Position numbers and translations under genes: made by a program. DNA of 64,000 nt from Octopus vulgaris (Eukaryota): the NCBI GenBank assembly GCA_951406725.2, contig OX597814.1:116994001-117058000 (forward strand), written 5' to 3'. The notes under the pieces are model-generated. The model did not search any database and was not told where the DNA came from. It worked only from the letters and a program-made list of their open reading frames with translations. Below, in pieces: positions 31,020 through 44,210 of this stretch (position 1 is the first letter of the stretch; each line of letters opens with the position of its first letter).

Positions 31020-31400
31020 CCATTTAGCGGCCACAAATTTTATCCCTGCATGAACAGCTGATTTTTCGTATTGTGGCTTTTGTGTGATGTGTGCGATTAT
31101 ATTTTTTAAAATTGGTAGTTGAGTTGAAACTGATTTTTGAGTTGTGTCTATTGAAGAGCTTTCTGTAAGTATGGTTGACTGGATAATGTCTACCTATCAG
31201 TGCTAAGAAATATTTTCCTATATTGAAGGTCACCTCGGATGAGTAAGGGTGTGTGAACCAGATGGTTTTCCTATTCCTATGTTTGCACTTCTTTATTGTT
31301 CGACTGGTGGCAGGTGTATAGGTTATTTCCTCGCGAAAACCACATCTTTTAGAGCCTTTTTATATACTGTGGTAACATTGAAAATGTCCCTATCGGTCAT
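31020..31400 (-). mobile_element. Penelope-like (Neptune-type) RT C-terminus/linker fragment
   Basis: RNRKTIWFTHPYSSEVTFNIGKYFLALIGRHYPVNHTYRKLFNRHNSKISF...CSCRDK matches the PLE pattern IWFNPPYS..V.TNIG..FL..I..HFP....KIFNR...CNCR. Confidence 0.85.
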
Positions 31401-31491
31401 TCAAATAGCTTTTTGTCTTAATAACGGTCAATCACACAGTAATTTCCCTTTGTTTAACGGTCATTTTCATAGCATTTTTCCGATTGGCCCA

Positions 31492-31537
31492 ATAACTGAA
31501 GAGATGCCACCCCGGCATTTGAAACTCGGAGTTTTAT
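31492..31537 (+). ncRNA. Minimal type I hammerhead ribozyme in an inverted pLTR
   Basis: ATAA-CTGAAGA-GATGCC acccc GGCATT T-GAAA-CTCGGAG-TT-TTAT; intact core, GUU cleavage triplet. Confidence 0.75.
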
Positions 31538-32482
31538 CATGGCTACCAAATAATTTTTTACGTATATATATATATAATTATTATTTGAAGGAATATAAAT
31601 CAAAACTTACAGGGAAAAAATTCAATTTAGAAATACTAAATCAAATTTCACAAAATATTATATATATTATATACATGTTTATCATTTTTTTTTGTAATTT
31701 ACTGAATCATTGATATTTTATTGTTATTTTAATTTTAATATTTCTATTATATGTAATTTTCTAGAGGGTGTAATTTAATTGTTCATTTTGAATTTATAAA
31801 GGATGTGTTTTTCTCTAATTTTATATATATATATATATATATATACTTCCGATTTTTGTTTGGTCCACACGTGTTTTTTTTCTGTATTCTGAAAACTAGT
31901 AAAAATATTTTAAACAAAACAGCAAACTGATCAGTAAATTATAATAATATACAATATATCTATAAAATTACGATATACTTAAAATTACCTACATAATTAT
32001 ATTGAGCAGAAGGAATCTTCGACAAAAACAAGAAGTCAAATATCGTTGTTTCGTCGTTCAAGATATTTCCTCCACGTTCTTACGGGAACTTCCTTCGTGT
32101 GCTTACGGGAAAGTAAAGAAAAATGCCAAAGATCCACAACAACACGCAACTTTATCTCTTAAGAAAAACTTAAGATAAGATAAGAATACGTGCATTTTCT
32201 ATAATTTAATTAGAAATGTTCGGAAACAAAGTTAGAAATCATTGACCTTCTCTTTTTGTATTCTGTTTCTGCCCTACGCGAAAACAATTTCTTCCTTTTC
32301 TTTTCTTCTCTTCTTTTTTTATATATTTGTCTTTCCAACGAGGTCTGATAAATACTGGCTTTCTATTTCTACTACCCTCTTGGATTTTTCTTTGGTTATA
32401 ATTTAGGTAAGCATTTTTCTATTCCGATAATTCACTTTTCTTTCAGGAGTTAACAAAACAAAAACAAACCAGGCTGGTATAT

Positions 32483-32604
32483 GTAGATACACATTGGTTC
32501 TTATATAAAGATAGAGAGATTAGGATGTATCCCTAGTGTGTGAGTGAGAAAGTATATATATTTGTAAATAAGATCAAAGTTGTGGAGAGAAAAGAGGAAG
32601 TTAC

Positions 32605-32659
<55 letters not shown>

Positions 32660-32668
32660 GAAGGTACA

Positions 32669-32711
<43 letters not shown>

Positions 32712-32719
32712 GAAGGTAC

Positions 32720-32778
<59 letters not shown>

Positions 32779-32911
32779 CCTGTAACTTCCTCTTTTTTCT
32801 CCACAACTTTGATCTTATTTACAAATATATATACTTTCTTGCTCACACACTAGGGATACATCCTAATCTCTCTCTCTTGATATCTTTATATTAGAATCAA
32901 TGTGTATCTAG
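32483..32911. repeat. ~125-bp inverted repeat around (TA)n
   Basis: Arms 32483-32607 and 32779-32911; spacer is (TA)n with two copies of GTGGAAGGTAC(A/G)GGA. Confidence 0.9.
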
Positions 32912-33619
32912 ACTGTCTCTCCTCCCTCTCTCACTTTTTCCAAATATATATCTTTATCCCTCTCATTCATTTTTCTCTCCATCACTTTGCTCTTATTTAT
33001 AAAGATTATTACATTCTCACTCACACACTAGCGATTCATCCTTCTCTCTTCTCTCTCTCTCTCTCTCTCTCTTTCACATTATCCAAATATATATTCTTTT
33101 TTCCTTTCCTGTAGCTTTCTCTCCCTGTACCAGAATCAATGTGTATCTTGCTTTTCTCTTCCTCTGTCTCTCACTTCCTCTTACTCTCCTTCCCCTATCT
33201 CCATCCACCCACATCTACAACACCCCCACACTTAACTACCCATCATCTTCCTAGCATACCTGCTTTACCCTCATCTCTGCATCCCTCTCAATCTCCCCTC
33301 TGTTCCTTTCTCTGCCTCAACTTAACTGTCTGTCCCCTCACATTTCCCCCGTCTCCCCCTTTGGTTTCTTCCCTCCCTCAGCTGGCTTCCCCACGCCTCC
33401 CCAACTTTTTCCCAATCCCCCTCCGCTTATTCTCCCATCACACCTCCGCTCTCTGTATATTTGCACTCAAAAACCAACTGCACAAACAACCACACCCACA
33501 CACCACAAGGAAGATGACAAGAAATTGGAAGTCTACAGTGATAGGCTTGTTCCTACCTGCCTGGGAAATCGCAGAAGGCGATTCGCGAAATAATTTAATT
33601 ACAGTTGGCCTGAAGAGCA

Positions 33620-34270
33620 ATGGTATCTCCAGACCTATGGCACAAACAGAGCGGAAGGAGAATGAATTTATCCTATTTTTTCCGCTCATACAACCACAGC
33701 TGCAGAAATTATCATCATTATCAAAAGTGCGGGGAAAATGATGACACTCCCTGTGAGAAACCTCACACAGAAAGCGGTGGCAACATCGAAGCCAAAGTTA
33801 AAAAGCTCAACCACTGCCACCAAGCCCCTCATACACCAACACCAACGCCATTTCTACTAATAAATATAAGAGGTTTGCCACAGAACAACAACAAAGGCAA
33901 AATTATGTACCTGAAGAATCTTTCTGCATGCAATCAAGCTATATGCATTATACTTACAGTAACACATCTATCTTCAGACATAAATGAAGCGGAGATACAT
34001 ATACCAATGCATGCCATCTTACGTACAGACAGAAGAAAAAGAAGTCACGGTGGAGTTGCAATGTACGTCTGAGAAATGTTACACCATTAACCCTGTTATC
34101 GAACTTGATCTCGATGTGTGACACACTCATAGTTAATCTAAAGCAACTTGATACAGCGATATGCACACTATATCGACAACGCGATGTCTCAAATCATGAT
34201 GGAAATATTTAGGAAAGCCTCAGTACGATAAGGGAAGTACTAACAAAATTGGATCAACGTATTTACTATA
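33620..34270 (+). mobile_element. LINE APE-endonuclease N-terminal fragment (CR1/L2 group)
   Basis: LLINIRGL...K..YL...IILTVTHLSSDINEAEIHIP...RTDRRKRSHGGVAMYV and later ICTLYR. Confidence 0.8.
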
Positions 34271-34284
34271 TGCCTGGTGAGCCA

Positions 34285-34985
34285 TAGAAACGAATATTTC
34301 CTTGCATGTTGAAACATCTATAATTCCCCTTCACACGAAAAAAGCTGTCAGCAGGCGAGACAAACGAAATAATGTTTAAAAAATTACTGTGAGTTAATAG
34401 CGCACTATAGTTTCGAGTTTAGCTTACAAATTAAATTAATTTTTGAATGATTAATTTAATTAAAATTTGTCAAGTTTGACCTTCTTCAGTACTATCCATC
34501 CTTATTTACTAAAAATATGAATAATCTAAGAAGTATTACCTTATTCGTCCACAGCCATTCGAATTTCAAGCATAAAAGTATTTCAGAACAAAAGTGAAAG
34601 AAGACTAAACTTCCTTATCAAGTTCCAACACGCTTATGCCTGGCGGCAAATTCAAATATACATATATAAAAAAGAGAGGAAGATAGAAACGACAATTCCC
34701 ACGCGTGTTGAAAGAATAGCTGTTTAATGAAACGTCTATAATTCTTCAAACAGTATTCATATTTTTCGTAAATATAGAGGGCTAGTGCTGAAGAAGGCCA
34801 TAGTTGACAAGCTTAAAATTAAATTGAATTAAATAATTTAAAAATTAATTTAATTTGTAAGTTAAAACCGAAACTTTATAAACTCACAGAAGTTTTTTTT
34901 TTTAAAGAATATTCTATTCGTCTAGCCCGCTAACAAACTTTTTCCTATCAAGGTGAATTATAGATGTTTCATTAAAGCATCTATT
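34285..34985. mobile_element. Old inverted pLTR pair with two degenerate HHRs (34397-34495 minus, 34782-34880 plus)
   Basis: Minus: ATAGTA-CTGAAGA-long AT hairpin-GAAA-CTATAG-TG-CGCTAT; plus copy CTGAAGA...GAAACT; arms are diverged reverse complements; ends at (TA)n. Confidence 0.6.
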
Positions 34986-34990
34986 TTTTC

Positions 34991-35084
<94 letters not shown>

Positions 35085-35124
35085 TCATATGTATACATAT
35101 ATATATATATATGTATATATATAT

Positions 35125-35160
<36 letters not shown>

Positions 35161-35894
35161 GTCTGTGTGTGTGCAGATATATCTATGTATATACATATCA
35201 TCTATCTGTGTATCTATATATTTTTCTATCTCCCTCTCTCTCTCTTTCTCTCTCTCTATATATACATGGTCACGTATACGCTAAGCGATGCAAATTTCTC
35301 CATTGTAGACATTGGGTATTTTAATTTCCGTTTTATACTTCCGTGATATCTGGGCAAACATGATGCTGATGCAAAATATATTCCCAATCAAACGATTAAG
35401 TATCTAAAAGCAAATTTTATTTAACCTTAAAAGCAAGTGTCAGATATTTTAGCAAGTGAATGCAAACACTTTTAATACATTTATTTCTTTTTTTCCTCCT
35501 TAAAAAGTCACTTAGCCTTTTACCGTTCTCATCAAACTTTATATAGTGTTTCCTTCTCATTTCGAATTTATTTTATGTGATACTCTGATTCCTGTATTAA
35601 AATTTACTTTGTATCAGTTACAATCTGCTTTCAGCGATCTCTTTTACACTGAAACCGAATTATTATTTTATATGTGCTGACACATGGGTGAGTTTTGGAT
35701 TTTTATACTAACGTATATAGGCACGCACACAAACACACACAAATACATACATACACACATGAACACACTCATACATGTTTTATGTAGCTAGCTAAATAAG
35801 TAAATGGGAATATAGTAATAGATATGTGCATACATACATAGATATTTACATACAGAATTTTTTTCTTTCATTTTGTTTTTTCATTCCCACTCCA

Positions 35895-36042
35895 TTTTTA
35901 CATCTTATTCCCTTCTGTCGACGAGTGTAGGCTCGAAGCGTAAAAGATGTTTCCATTTCTCCAGTGTGTTAACTGATACACCTGCTTGTTTTTCCTACAC
36001 TTGTCTTCGTCCTTTGGTTTTCTGTAAATTTGAACTATACGT
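35895..36042 (+). repeat. Dispersed pLTR-like repeat, second copy 61885-62030, with eroded HHR-like motif
   Basis: CCCTTCTGTCNANGAG(T/C)GTAGG(C/T)TC(G/A)AA(G/A)CGTAAAAGA...GTCTTCGTC(C/T)TTTG...AACTATA in both copies. Confidence 0.55.
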
Positions 36043-36809
36043 ATAGAATATACTATTATGTTAACGAGACAGGGATACCCTTAGCATAATGGACACTGTT
36101 AGTATAAGTTAATTTCTCTTTCTTGTAGTGTCCTCAAAGACGGATTTTCGCAAGCGAAACTGATGCTGTGAATATTCTTTTGACACAGAATTCCAGAAAG
36201 CTGCAGATTTAGACACAGAAAACAAGCCGTAGAATGCCGTGCATTTCCTAGCTTCTGCACACAGCATTGGGGCTGAGATTAGGGGAAGCTTGTGAGAAAT
36301 GGCCCGTAGCAAGGCAGTAAGAGTGAGATTTGGTACAGAAGTTCTGCTAAGTAGAAACCATTATAGTAAGGGAGACGGTGAAGAGAGGAATCAGTATGCT
36401 ACAACATGGAACGTGTCGTGTCTGTGAGGGGTTTTATGGCAAATGGTAAAACGATCTTTTTAGGATGATATGGAAAACATCATGATCATTAGCGGGAACT
36501 CATTCAGTCTTTTATCGCACTCTCGGAGCTGTCCTACATGGCAGCTGTCATTTTTCGATTCTTTTGCACATTTTCTTTCCTTTCTCTTTACTTACACATT
36601 AAAACAAGCCGTTCATATTTTATGTATATTCCATATACAATGTTATAAAAGCTTATTAATATATATATATATATATATATCCAAATAAACAACAAGGATA
36701 TCCCTGTTGCTTATTTTGCTTATAATCACCTTATTTGATTTATATGGATAATACCATACAAAATTCTGGTGCCTTTAACTTAAGTACCGTACTCACCTGA
36801 ATTTTGCTG

Positions 36810-36856
<47 letters not shown>

Positions 36857-37093
36857 ATTTATATACTATCTTGTATATATTCCAATGATAAAGCAAGGCA
36901 ATCCTTATGCAAATCTAGAAGTATAAATCTGGAACTATCCAATAATTATTTGGTAGTTACTTTTGTTTCTTCGTCTTCTCTCCTAGTGCTGTATGAATAT
37001 TTCATGTGGTTTTAGTGTCAAGTTTTGACTGCCATCTCTAGCATGATGGCAACTTTTAGATACCCTCAATTATAATACATATATGTATGTATG

Positions 37094-37253
<160 letters not shown>

Positions 37254-37433
37254 AAAAGGGCTTAGTAAAATAAATTACTTTGCCGCATACTGAACTCATT
37301 AGAAATAGCATAAAAAACTTTTTTAAAGCTCTTTCTAATACGTAAAGAAACTCTCTCATATATAGTGTTTGCTTAATTAAACTCACAAAAGTTTGGGGGT
37401 AAGGACATCAAAAAATCAAATGCTAAGGTTATT

Positions 37434-37485
37434 TGAGAACGTACGTTTCAAGATTAGTCATAACAACACTTCTATCATCAGCTCA
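37434..37485 (-). ncRNA. Minimal type I hammerhead ribozyme (left arm)
   Basis: Reverse complement of 37676-37727. Confidence 0.7.
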
Positions 37486-37675
37486 GAAACTCCTTGGTTT
37501 TGATTTGGAAACATTGAAAGTAAGAACATACCCTTTCGAAGATCCGCTCGTAACTAACAGTGCCAACAAACCCAAATAAGGTTATTTGGGTTTGTTGGCA
37601 CTGTTAGTTATGAGCGGATCTTCGAAAGGGTATGTTCTTACTTTCAATGTTTCCAAATCCAAACCAAGGAGTTTC

Positions 37676-37727
37676 TGAGCTGATGATAGAAGTGTTGTTA
37701 TGACTAATCTTGAAACGTACGTTCTCA
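37676..37727 (+). ncRNA. Minimal type I hammerhead ribozyme (right arm)
   Basis: TGAG-CTGATGA-tAGAaGT..ACTaaTCTt-GAAA-CGTACG-TT-CTCA; palindromic stem III; distal AAGG/CCTT extends stem I. Confidence 0.7.
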
Positions 37728-38138
37728 AATAACCTTAGCATTTGATTTTTTGATGTCCTTACCCCCAAACTTTTGTGAGTTGAATTAAGCAAACACTATA
37801 TATGAGAGAGATTTTCTTTAAGTATTAGAAAGAGCTTTAAAAAAGTTTTTTAGCTGCTATTTCTAATGAGTTCAGTATGCGGCAAAGTAATTTATTTTAC
37901 TAAGCCCTTTTATATAATGTAATAATTTGAATTCGCCTTAAATGGTCCCTTTGCATACTGAACACTTGGTGAAATTGATTAATAATTAATTAATTTTACC
38001 CTCAATTGTTGAAATTATATATATATATATATATACATATATTCATATATAAGTATATACATTTATTTATACATATACATACACACACACACACACACAT
38101 ATAACTATATATCAATAAAAACCGATGGATACTGGTTC

Positions 38139-38201
38139 ATACACTACAGTTGTTTCAAGCGAGTCTTTTATTGATCAAAACATCGTTTTCATCAGGGGAA
38201 T
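38139..38201 (-). ncRNA. Degenerate HHR-like motif
   Basis: CTGATGA-AAACGA...TCGCTT-GAAA-CAACTG-TA-GTGTAT; stem I partly mismatched. Confidence 0.5.
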
Positions 38202-38375
38202 ATACACGAATTGCAAACTAACAAAAAACAAAACTCCCCCCAAATCACCAGCTTTGTGTGACCTCATGATTTCCTGACCATTTATAGTCGTATACACGAT
38301 TTCCCTTACGACCCGACCCGGTGCTTTATCATTTAAGTACTTGATATACTTGAATCCTGAACTCTTACACACACA

Positions 38376-38436
<61 letters not shown>

Positions 38437-38959
38437 ACACACAGACACACACACATGCACACACATATATTTAGGTGTTTTTATCAGTCAGGTGCCATTT
38501 TGTGCCTGGTGTAAAGTGACAGTTTGATTAGTGTTGTTTTGTTTGTTGTTGGAATGGTTTCCAGAATCAGTGCTCTATTATCATTAATAAATAAATGGAG
38601 TTTCATAAAGAAGCACAGTGCAAAGTTGGTCACAGACAATATTCACTAGTTACAAACGAAACGTAATCATTTGGTTGAAGACATTACATATAACGTTTAT
38701 ATTTAAATCTAAGTATAACATGTAGGATAAGTGTAACATGCACGATTATGTGTGAATAGTTTTGCATATACATATTGAAATATGTAAATATAGAGACCAC
38801 TCAAACGCATAAACACAGATATATGTTTCGCCTTGTGCTGCACACTTAAATGTCGTTAAGAAATCATGGCATATATCAGCGAAGTTTGCTTTCAAGACTC
38901 CCAATGCAATTTATTTTCGAGAAATGTGTTAGTCATATATTTCACGCGCACAAAGACAC

Positions 38960-38990
<31 letters not shown>

Positions 38991-39038
38991 TGTATGTATG
39001 TATGTATGTATGTATATATGTATGTATGTATGTGTTTA

Positions 39039-39400
39039 CAAGGAGAATGCTGAAAGCAAGTCATTTTATAACAAAAAGTCACAATTGCTTTGTCGATCTC
39101 AAGAGTTGCTATATCCTATCTCAAGTGTTGCTATATCATGCAACTATAGATTCCTGAGTTATCATTATTCTGATAAAACTGAATGTCGACTCTTCAGAAT
39201 TATGTTTAAAATTATTATATAAATGCATTTTATACATAATACTGAAGAGTTTAACTTTCCATTTTATCTGTATAACGATACCTCAGGAATCTGTAGTTGC
39301 GTATGATATATAACAATAAAGCGATACTCTTGAGATTGAATAGCGATGAAATAATTATAAATTTCTGTAATAAAATGACTTGCTCGTTGCATTCTCCTTG
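39039..39400. mobile_element. Foldback MITE (Tc1/mariner-like ends)
   Basis: TA|CAAGGAGAATGC..AGCAAGTCATTTTAT inverted as ATAAAATGACTTGCT..GCATTCTCCTTG|TG; inner pairs ATCTCAAGAGT, GCAACTATAGATTCCTGAG and ACTCTTCAG all mirrored. Confidence 0.75.
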
Positions 39401-41039
39401 TGAATATTTATATGATTTCTACGGATATTTATGAATTTTAAGAATTATGGTTTGTGGGAAGATCTACAACATAGTGTCGTAACTGATAGCCTGTACTCGT
39501 CGATGTGCTTCATGAAGAAAATTCCATGGGTAACATTCGAAAGAATTTCGTGTGTGTGTGAATGTGTGTGTGCGGCGTGCGCGAAAATATATGCGTATTT
39601 CTGAAAATAATACAAAAAGCCATTTAACGTTAGTCTTTAGTTTTATTCGCATTTTCTACCTATAAACTTATTGATAGTAGAGAAAAATATACCCAATTTG
39701 AAGAAAGTAAAATTTCATTTGCAGCAAATATTAAGAGCCGTTTACAACGTCTGAAGTTAAAATGATTAGCTTCTCCCCGAAAACTTTTCATTCTTCGGCA
39801 AACACTAACATTCAAACGTTGAAGTTTTAGTTTTCAGCTTTAACACGTTTTGCTAAGATACTAAATACTAATTATATTAACATTCCCCACAAACGTGGGA
39901 AATAGTTTTCACCGTAAAGCATTTCGATTGCACTGTATAAGGAACAAACTAAAAAAAAAAGATACACATGATTTTTTTTTCCATCAAAAGAAGACACGAA
40001 ATAAACACATTTCATGAACGGAGGCAAGATAAAAATCAATATGACTACACTGAAATACAACTGAGCTTCTCATTCTTTTTATGACTTCACCATTATATTA
40101 GTGAGTGTGTTTGTATTTTTTTCATTAGAGCATTGTTCTTGTTCATGTTAGTTATTAACAGTTATTGTTTTAGAAATACTCTCCAAAATTAGACAATGCA
40201 CTTCTTCCCTACCACAGAAAATGGAAATTGGCAAGAACGCGCTGCTTGTAACCCGTTCTTTGAATGCAGCAAAAATATCGAAAGCAGAAATCGATAAACG
40301 ACTATTACAATAATCGGGAGTATAATTGATATGGTATTTACACCGAAATGTTGGGGTAGAAAGGTTACAGACTCCAACAAACAGGTACGAAGATGCATTT
40401 CTGCCATATTCCGCTCAAACATTATCATCACTTTCCCATTATATGAATAAAAGCATGCACACCCCTCCCGCGCACATACAACCCGCCCACGCACTAATAT
40501 TTACATACATATATTATACTTTTGAGAGAAATATGATGACAGTGACTTCGAAGTTTCTGCTGCTAACCATCTTTTCCAGTCTGCTTGTCTGTGTATGTCC
40601 TCATAATCGTATAGTCCTAGATTTTCTAATCGGTAATCATTATTTGCACCGTTTCCTTAAAAAATGGCTTCACATGTACCGGCAGGAAATTATTATCAAA
40701 ATACAAAACACAGTAAATATTTAATAGCAGCTGAATGCAATAGTTATTAAATATAACAATAATTTGTGATTTATTTCATATGACATTCTGAGTTTATACG
40801 TCTATTTGTGTGTGTTTCCGTATGTCGATATGTATAACTTATTAATTAATACACTCACTGGTTCAATTTCCATTCATTTCTATTTTTGTTTTCTAAAATT
40901 TTCGTTGCTTCTTGCAAACTCTTCTATAGCTGTTGACTCTGACCGTTTTCGGACATGCGTTCTTTTTCTTTGTTTGTGCGCATATGTGTGCAATATGTAT
41001 ACACATATGTATGTCATTATTCAGTTTATTTCACGATTT

Positions 41040-41880
41040 CTTCTCAATAGAGAAGAAACAGGTTTCTAACTTAGATCCAAGGCTCCTTCATTGGAATTTC
41101 AATATCAACAACCGGGTATTTGTGTATGTATGTATGTATGTATGTATGTATGTATGTATGTATGTATGTATGTATGTATGTATGTATGTGCAGATTTGTA
41201 TGTTTTCTCATGCATAGAGTTGCGTATCTAGACATGCTCTTATATATTTAAATGATAAACTTCTGGAAAGTTTTACAGATTTCCATAGTTCCAGTGATGG
41301 ATTGGATCTGTAGTCTTCAAATTAGCTTTCGGATTTTGAGAAGCCCAATTACTCAAGATTGGTATTCAGGCAGTGTGTTGCATATCCCAGGGCCCAAGTA
41401 ATTACTGGTATAAGCCTAAAATTATAATCCGGATAGAGCAAAAGCAGATTTCTCAATAGTTCAGTATAGGTGTTCTCTTTTTCACTGATCTTCAGCTTTA
41501 ACTTAACATCCGCTAGGCAGCTAATTTCCATAACTGTGCACAGTTTCTCTTCTCTATCCCAAATCATTATAACAGGTCTGTTTTGCTTCCATTTTATTCA
41601 GGTCTTCATTGGTACATTCCACCAGTATTCACTTTTATTATGAGTGGCTATGGCATCTTCCATATTGTGGGTTCATATTATTTTGTCCTCGGGATTATCC
41701 ATTCGACGGATTTAATTATAGAGTGCCCTAGCTACAACGTCATGTTTCATCGTTAACTAATACCGTGATGATATTGTTAGACAACTGCCTATGAAGTGGG
41801 TTATATCTTCAGTGTGAACTCTACAAAGTCTGCATCGGTTATCACACTTTATGTATCTCCTATTTAATATGAGGTTTGAT
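41040..41880 (-). mobile_element. Degraded RLE-LINE 3' portion, distinct subfamily
   Basis: Knuckle relic (CRLCRVHTED), RPVIMIWDREEKLCTVMEISC...KENTYTELLRNL...IPVITWALG...QIQSITGTMEICKTFQKF. Confidence 0.75.
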
Positions 41881-42104
41881 TTATTTATGAGGGCGTGCTC
41901 CTGTGTTTTCATGAGTGTTGCGTCCTTCGGAAGCTTGGATAAAATGCGGATTTCCAGTCAACGCAGTGTACCTCCATGTGTGTATTTGGCATGCTGTAGA
42001 GAATGGAGGATTGTTTATTGTCGTCATATTATCTCAAATATCCATTTAATTTCTCCGCAATGTTTCTAGATGACTCACCAATATATGTCAGGTACATATA
42101 TATA

Positions 42105-42250
42105 GGACGTGTTTCTTTCAGTTTCTGTCTGCCAAATTCACTTACATGAGTTTGGTCTGCCCGAGGCTGTTGAAGAAGACACTTGCTGACGGTGCCACGC
42201 AGTGGGACTGAACCATGTGGATCGGATGCAAGCCTCTTACTACAAAGACA
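42105..42250 (-). mobile_element. SINE family C, 5' part
   Basis: TTTCTTTCAGTTTCTGTCTGCCAAATTCACT...GTGCCACGCAGTGGGACTGAACC matches 11980-12130. Confidence 0.75.
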
Positions 42251-42863
42251 CGTCACAAAAAGTATAGAATTCCCAACTACAGAACTCTCATTCCAGCCTC
42301 ATGTTAGCTGTGTTACAAAAAATATAAATATAAAAAAAAAAGTTGAGAAATGGCTAATCACTTTTAACTAATCTAAAAACCACCAGCAGCTCTTGTAATT
42401 ACATATTGCATATGACACTTTTCCACCAATTAAAACTGAACAGTTTTAAAAGTTGCATTTCAGCAAATGATATAATATATAAAAACAAGATGACATTCAC
42501 TAACTGGAATATTTCCCATTATAATTTAATTTATCAACGTTAATATATTCCAGTTCACCGCCTACCATAAATCCGTTCATGTACCTCTATACATAGTGTG
42601 TGATATGTTGTCAGATAGCATATTATTCTCGTTAATGCAATACATACATCAATATAATTATATTATAGTTATCTAATGTTCATGTTTTCTATGAATTACA
42701 ATAAATATATCTGTCTAACATCGTAGAAATATTATATCTAATGAACTTCACAGATAAAAATAACTTACACATACTATTATATTATTGATATAGTTTTAGA
42801 CAAGTCATGTGTCATAATAATTTTGTATTGAAAATAAAAAAGTATACGAGATCATATATATAC

Positions 42864-42917
<54 letters not shown>

Positions 42918-42919
<2 letters not shown>

Positions 42920-43164
42920 AACGCGTGGCTTAGCGGTTAGCGTGTCAGAATCATGATCATAAGATTGTGGTTTCGATTCCTGGCCCGGGCGACGCGTTGT
43001 GTTCTTGAGCACAACACTTCATTTCACGTTGCTCCAGTCCACTCAGGTGGCATAAATGAGTAACGCTGCGATGGACTGGCGTCTCTTCCAGGTGGGGAAA
43101 ACATACGCCATTGAAACCTGGAAACCGGGCCCATGAGCCTGGCTAGGCTTTAAAAAAGGGCGCA

Positions 43165-43166
<2 letters not shown>
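42918..43166 (+). mobile_element. tRNA-derived SINE, family A
   Basis: High similarity to 1012-1262. Confidence 0.85.
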
Positions 43167-43226
<60 letters not shown>

Positions 43227-43384
43227 CAGTTACACACAATTAGTTATAAATAAATATGCATGTATGTAGGGACTGTTTGGATGCATGTGTGTGCGTGTGT
43301 ATGGGAACATCTCCACACATACATATACATGTACATATACATTTACATTATTCTTCTTGTTCCTGTAGAACCTCTCTTGTCCAA

Positions 43385-44210
43385 GGAAGGCAACAATTCG
43401 AGCGCACCTATATACGAACTTCTCAGTCTTATCGTTAAAAGCACGAAACTGAGCATTAGTATTTTGGGTCGGTAACTGATGAAGAATTTTGAAATATTTA
43501 ATGCATTTTTCATTTATCGAGTAACTCAACGCCACGCATCCTGAATTTTGTTAACGGTAACTTTTTATACATTTTTGCGATTACATCTTTCTTTCTCCCT
43601 TGTCCTCACATTCCTTCTCTAGCATCTGTACTTCTTCTGTCTCGTCTCCTCACTCTTAATTGTAAACTCCCTTCCTTCCTTTTCCTTCCTTGTTCTCTCT
43701 GGTGCGCTCTGTCTCTCTCCCTCTATCTCATCATCCTTCCCTTCTATATACTGCCCACACGAGACACGTGACAAATTTTCTCCTCTTTCTGCCCCTTCGT
43801 CACCGGACGTTTATCCTGCCGGTCAACAGTTTCTCCTCTCTTATTATTTCTCTTTTTATATCTATTGAAGATCTCTTCTAGAAGTTACCCATCAATAGAA
43901 TGTTTGGCCGAAAGGCTGCATTTATTCCGTCTTCGTCTTTCGTTTCAAATTACAATTTCTTTACTTTCGTACGTCCACCCTGTATTCTCTTGCTTGCTCG
44001 AGCCCTAATTCTCCGCAAATTTTGCGCTTGACGCCGATATGCGATGTTCCCAGTCTTACCGTTAAAGGCACGAAACGGAGTACTAGTAATTTTTTTATCA
44101 ATAACTGATGAAGCGTCTTTCTGTGTCTATCCGACGTGTACATTTTGTAGTATTTGATGCCCTTTTCATTTATTGAGTAACTGAGCGCCACGCATCCCAA
44201 CTTTTGTTAA
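43385..44210. repeat. Diverged direct repeat pair (43385-43555; 44025-44210)
   Basis: CAGTCTTA(T/C)CGTTAAA(A/G)GCACGAAAC...TAACTGATGAAG...GAGTAACT..GCCACGCATCC..TTTTGTTAA in both. Confidence 0.7.

Noticed and set aside
43472-43505. CTGATGA-AGAATTTT-GAAA-TA-TT hammerhead-like string
   Set aside because: No stem I, marginal stem II, and the paralogous copy at ~44105 lacks GAAA at that position
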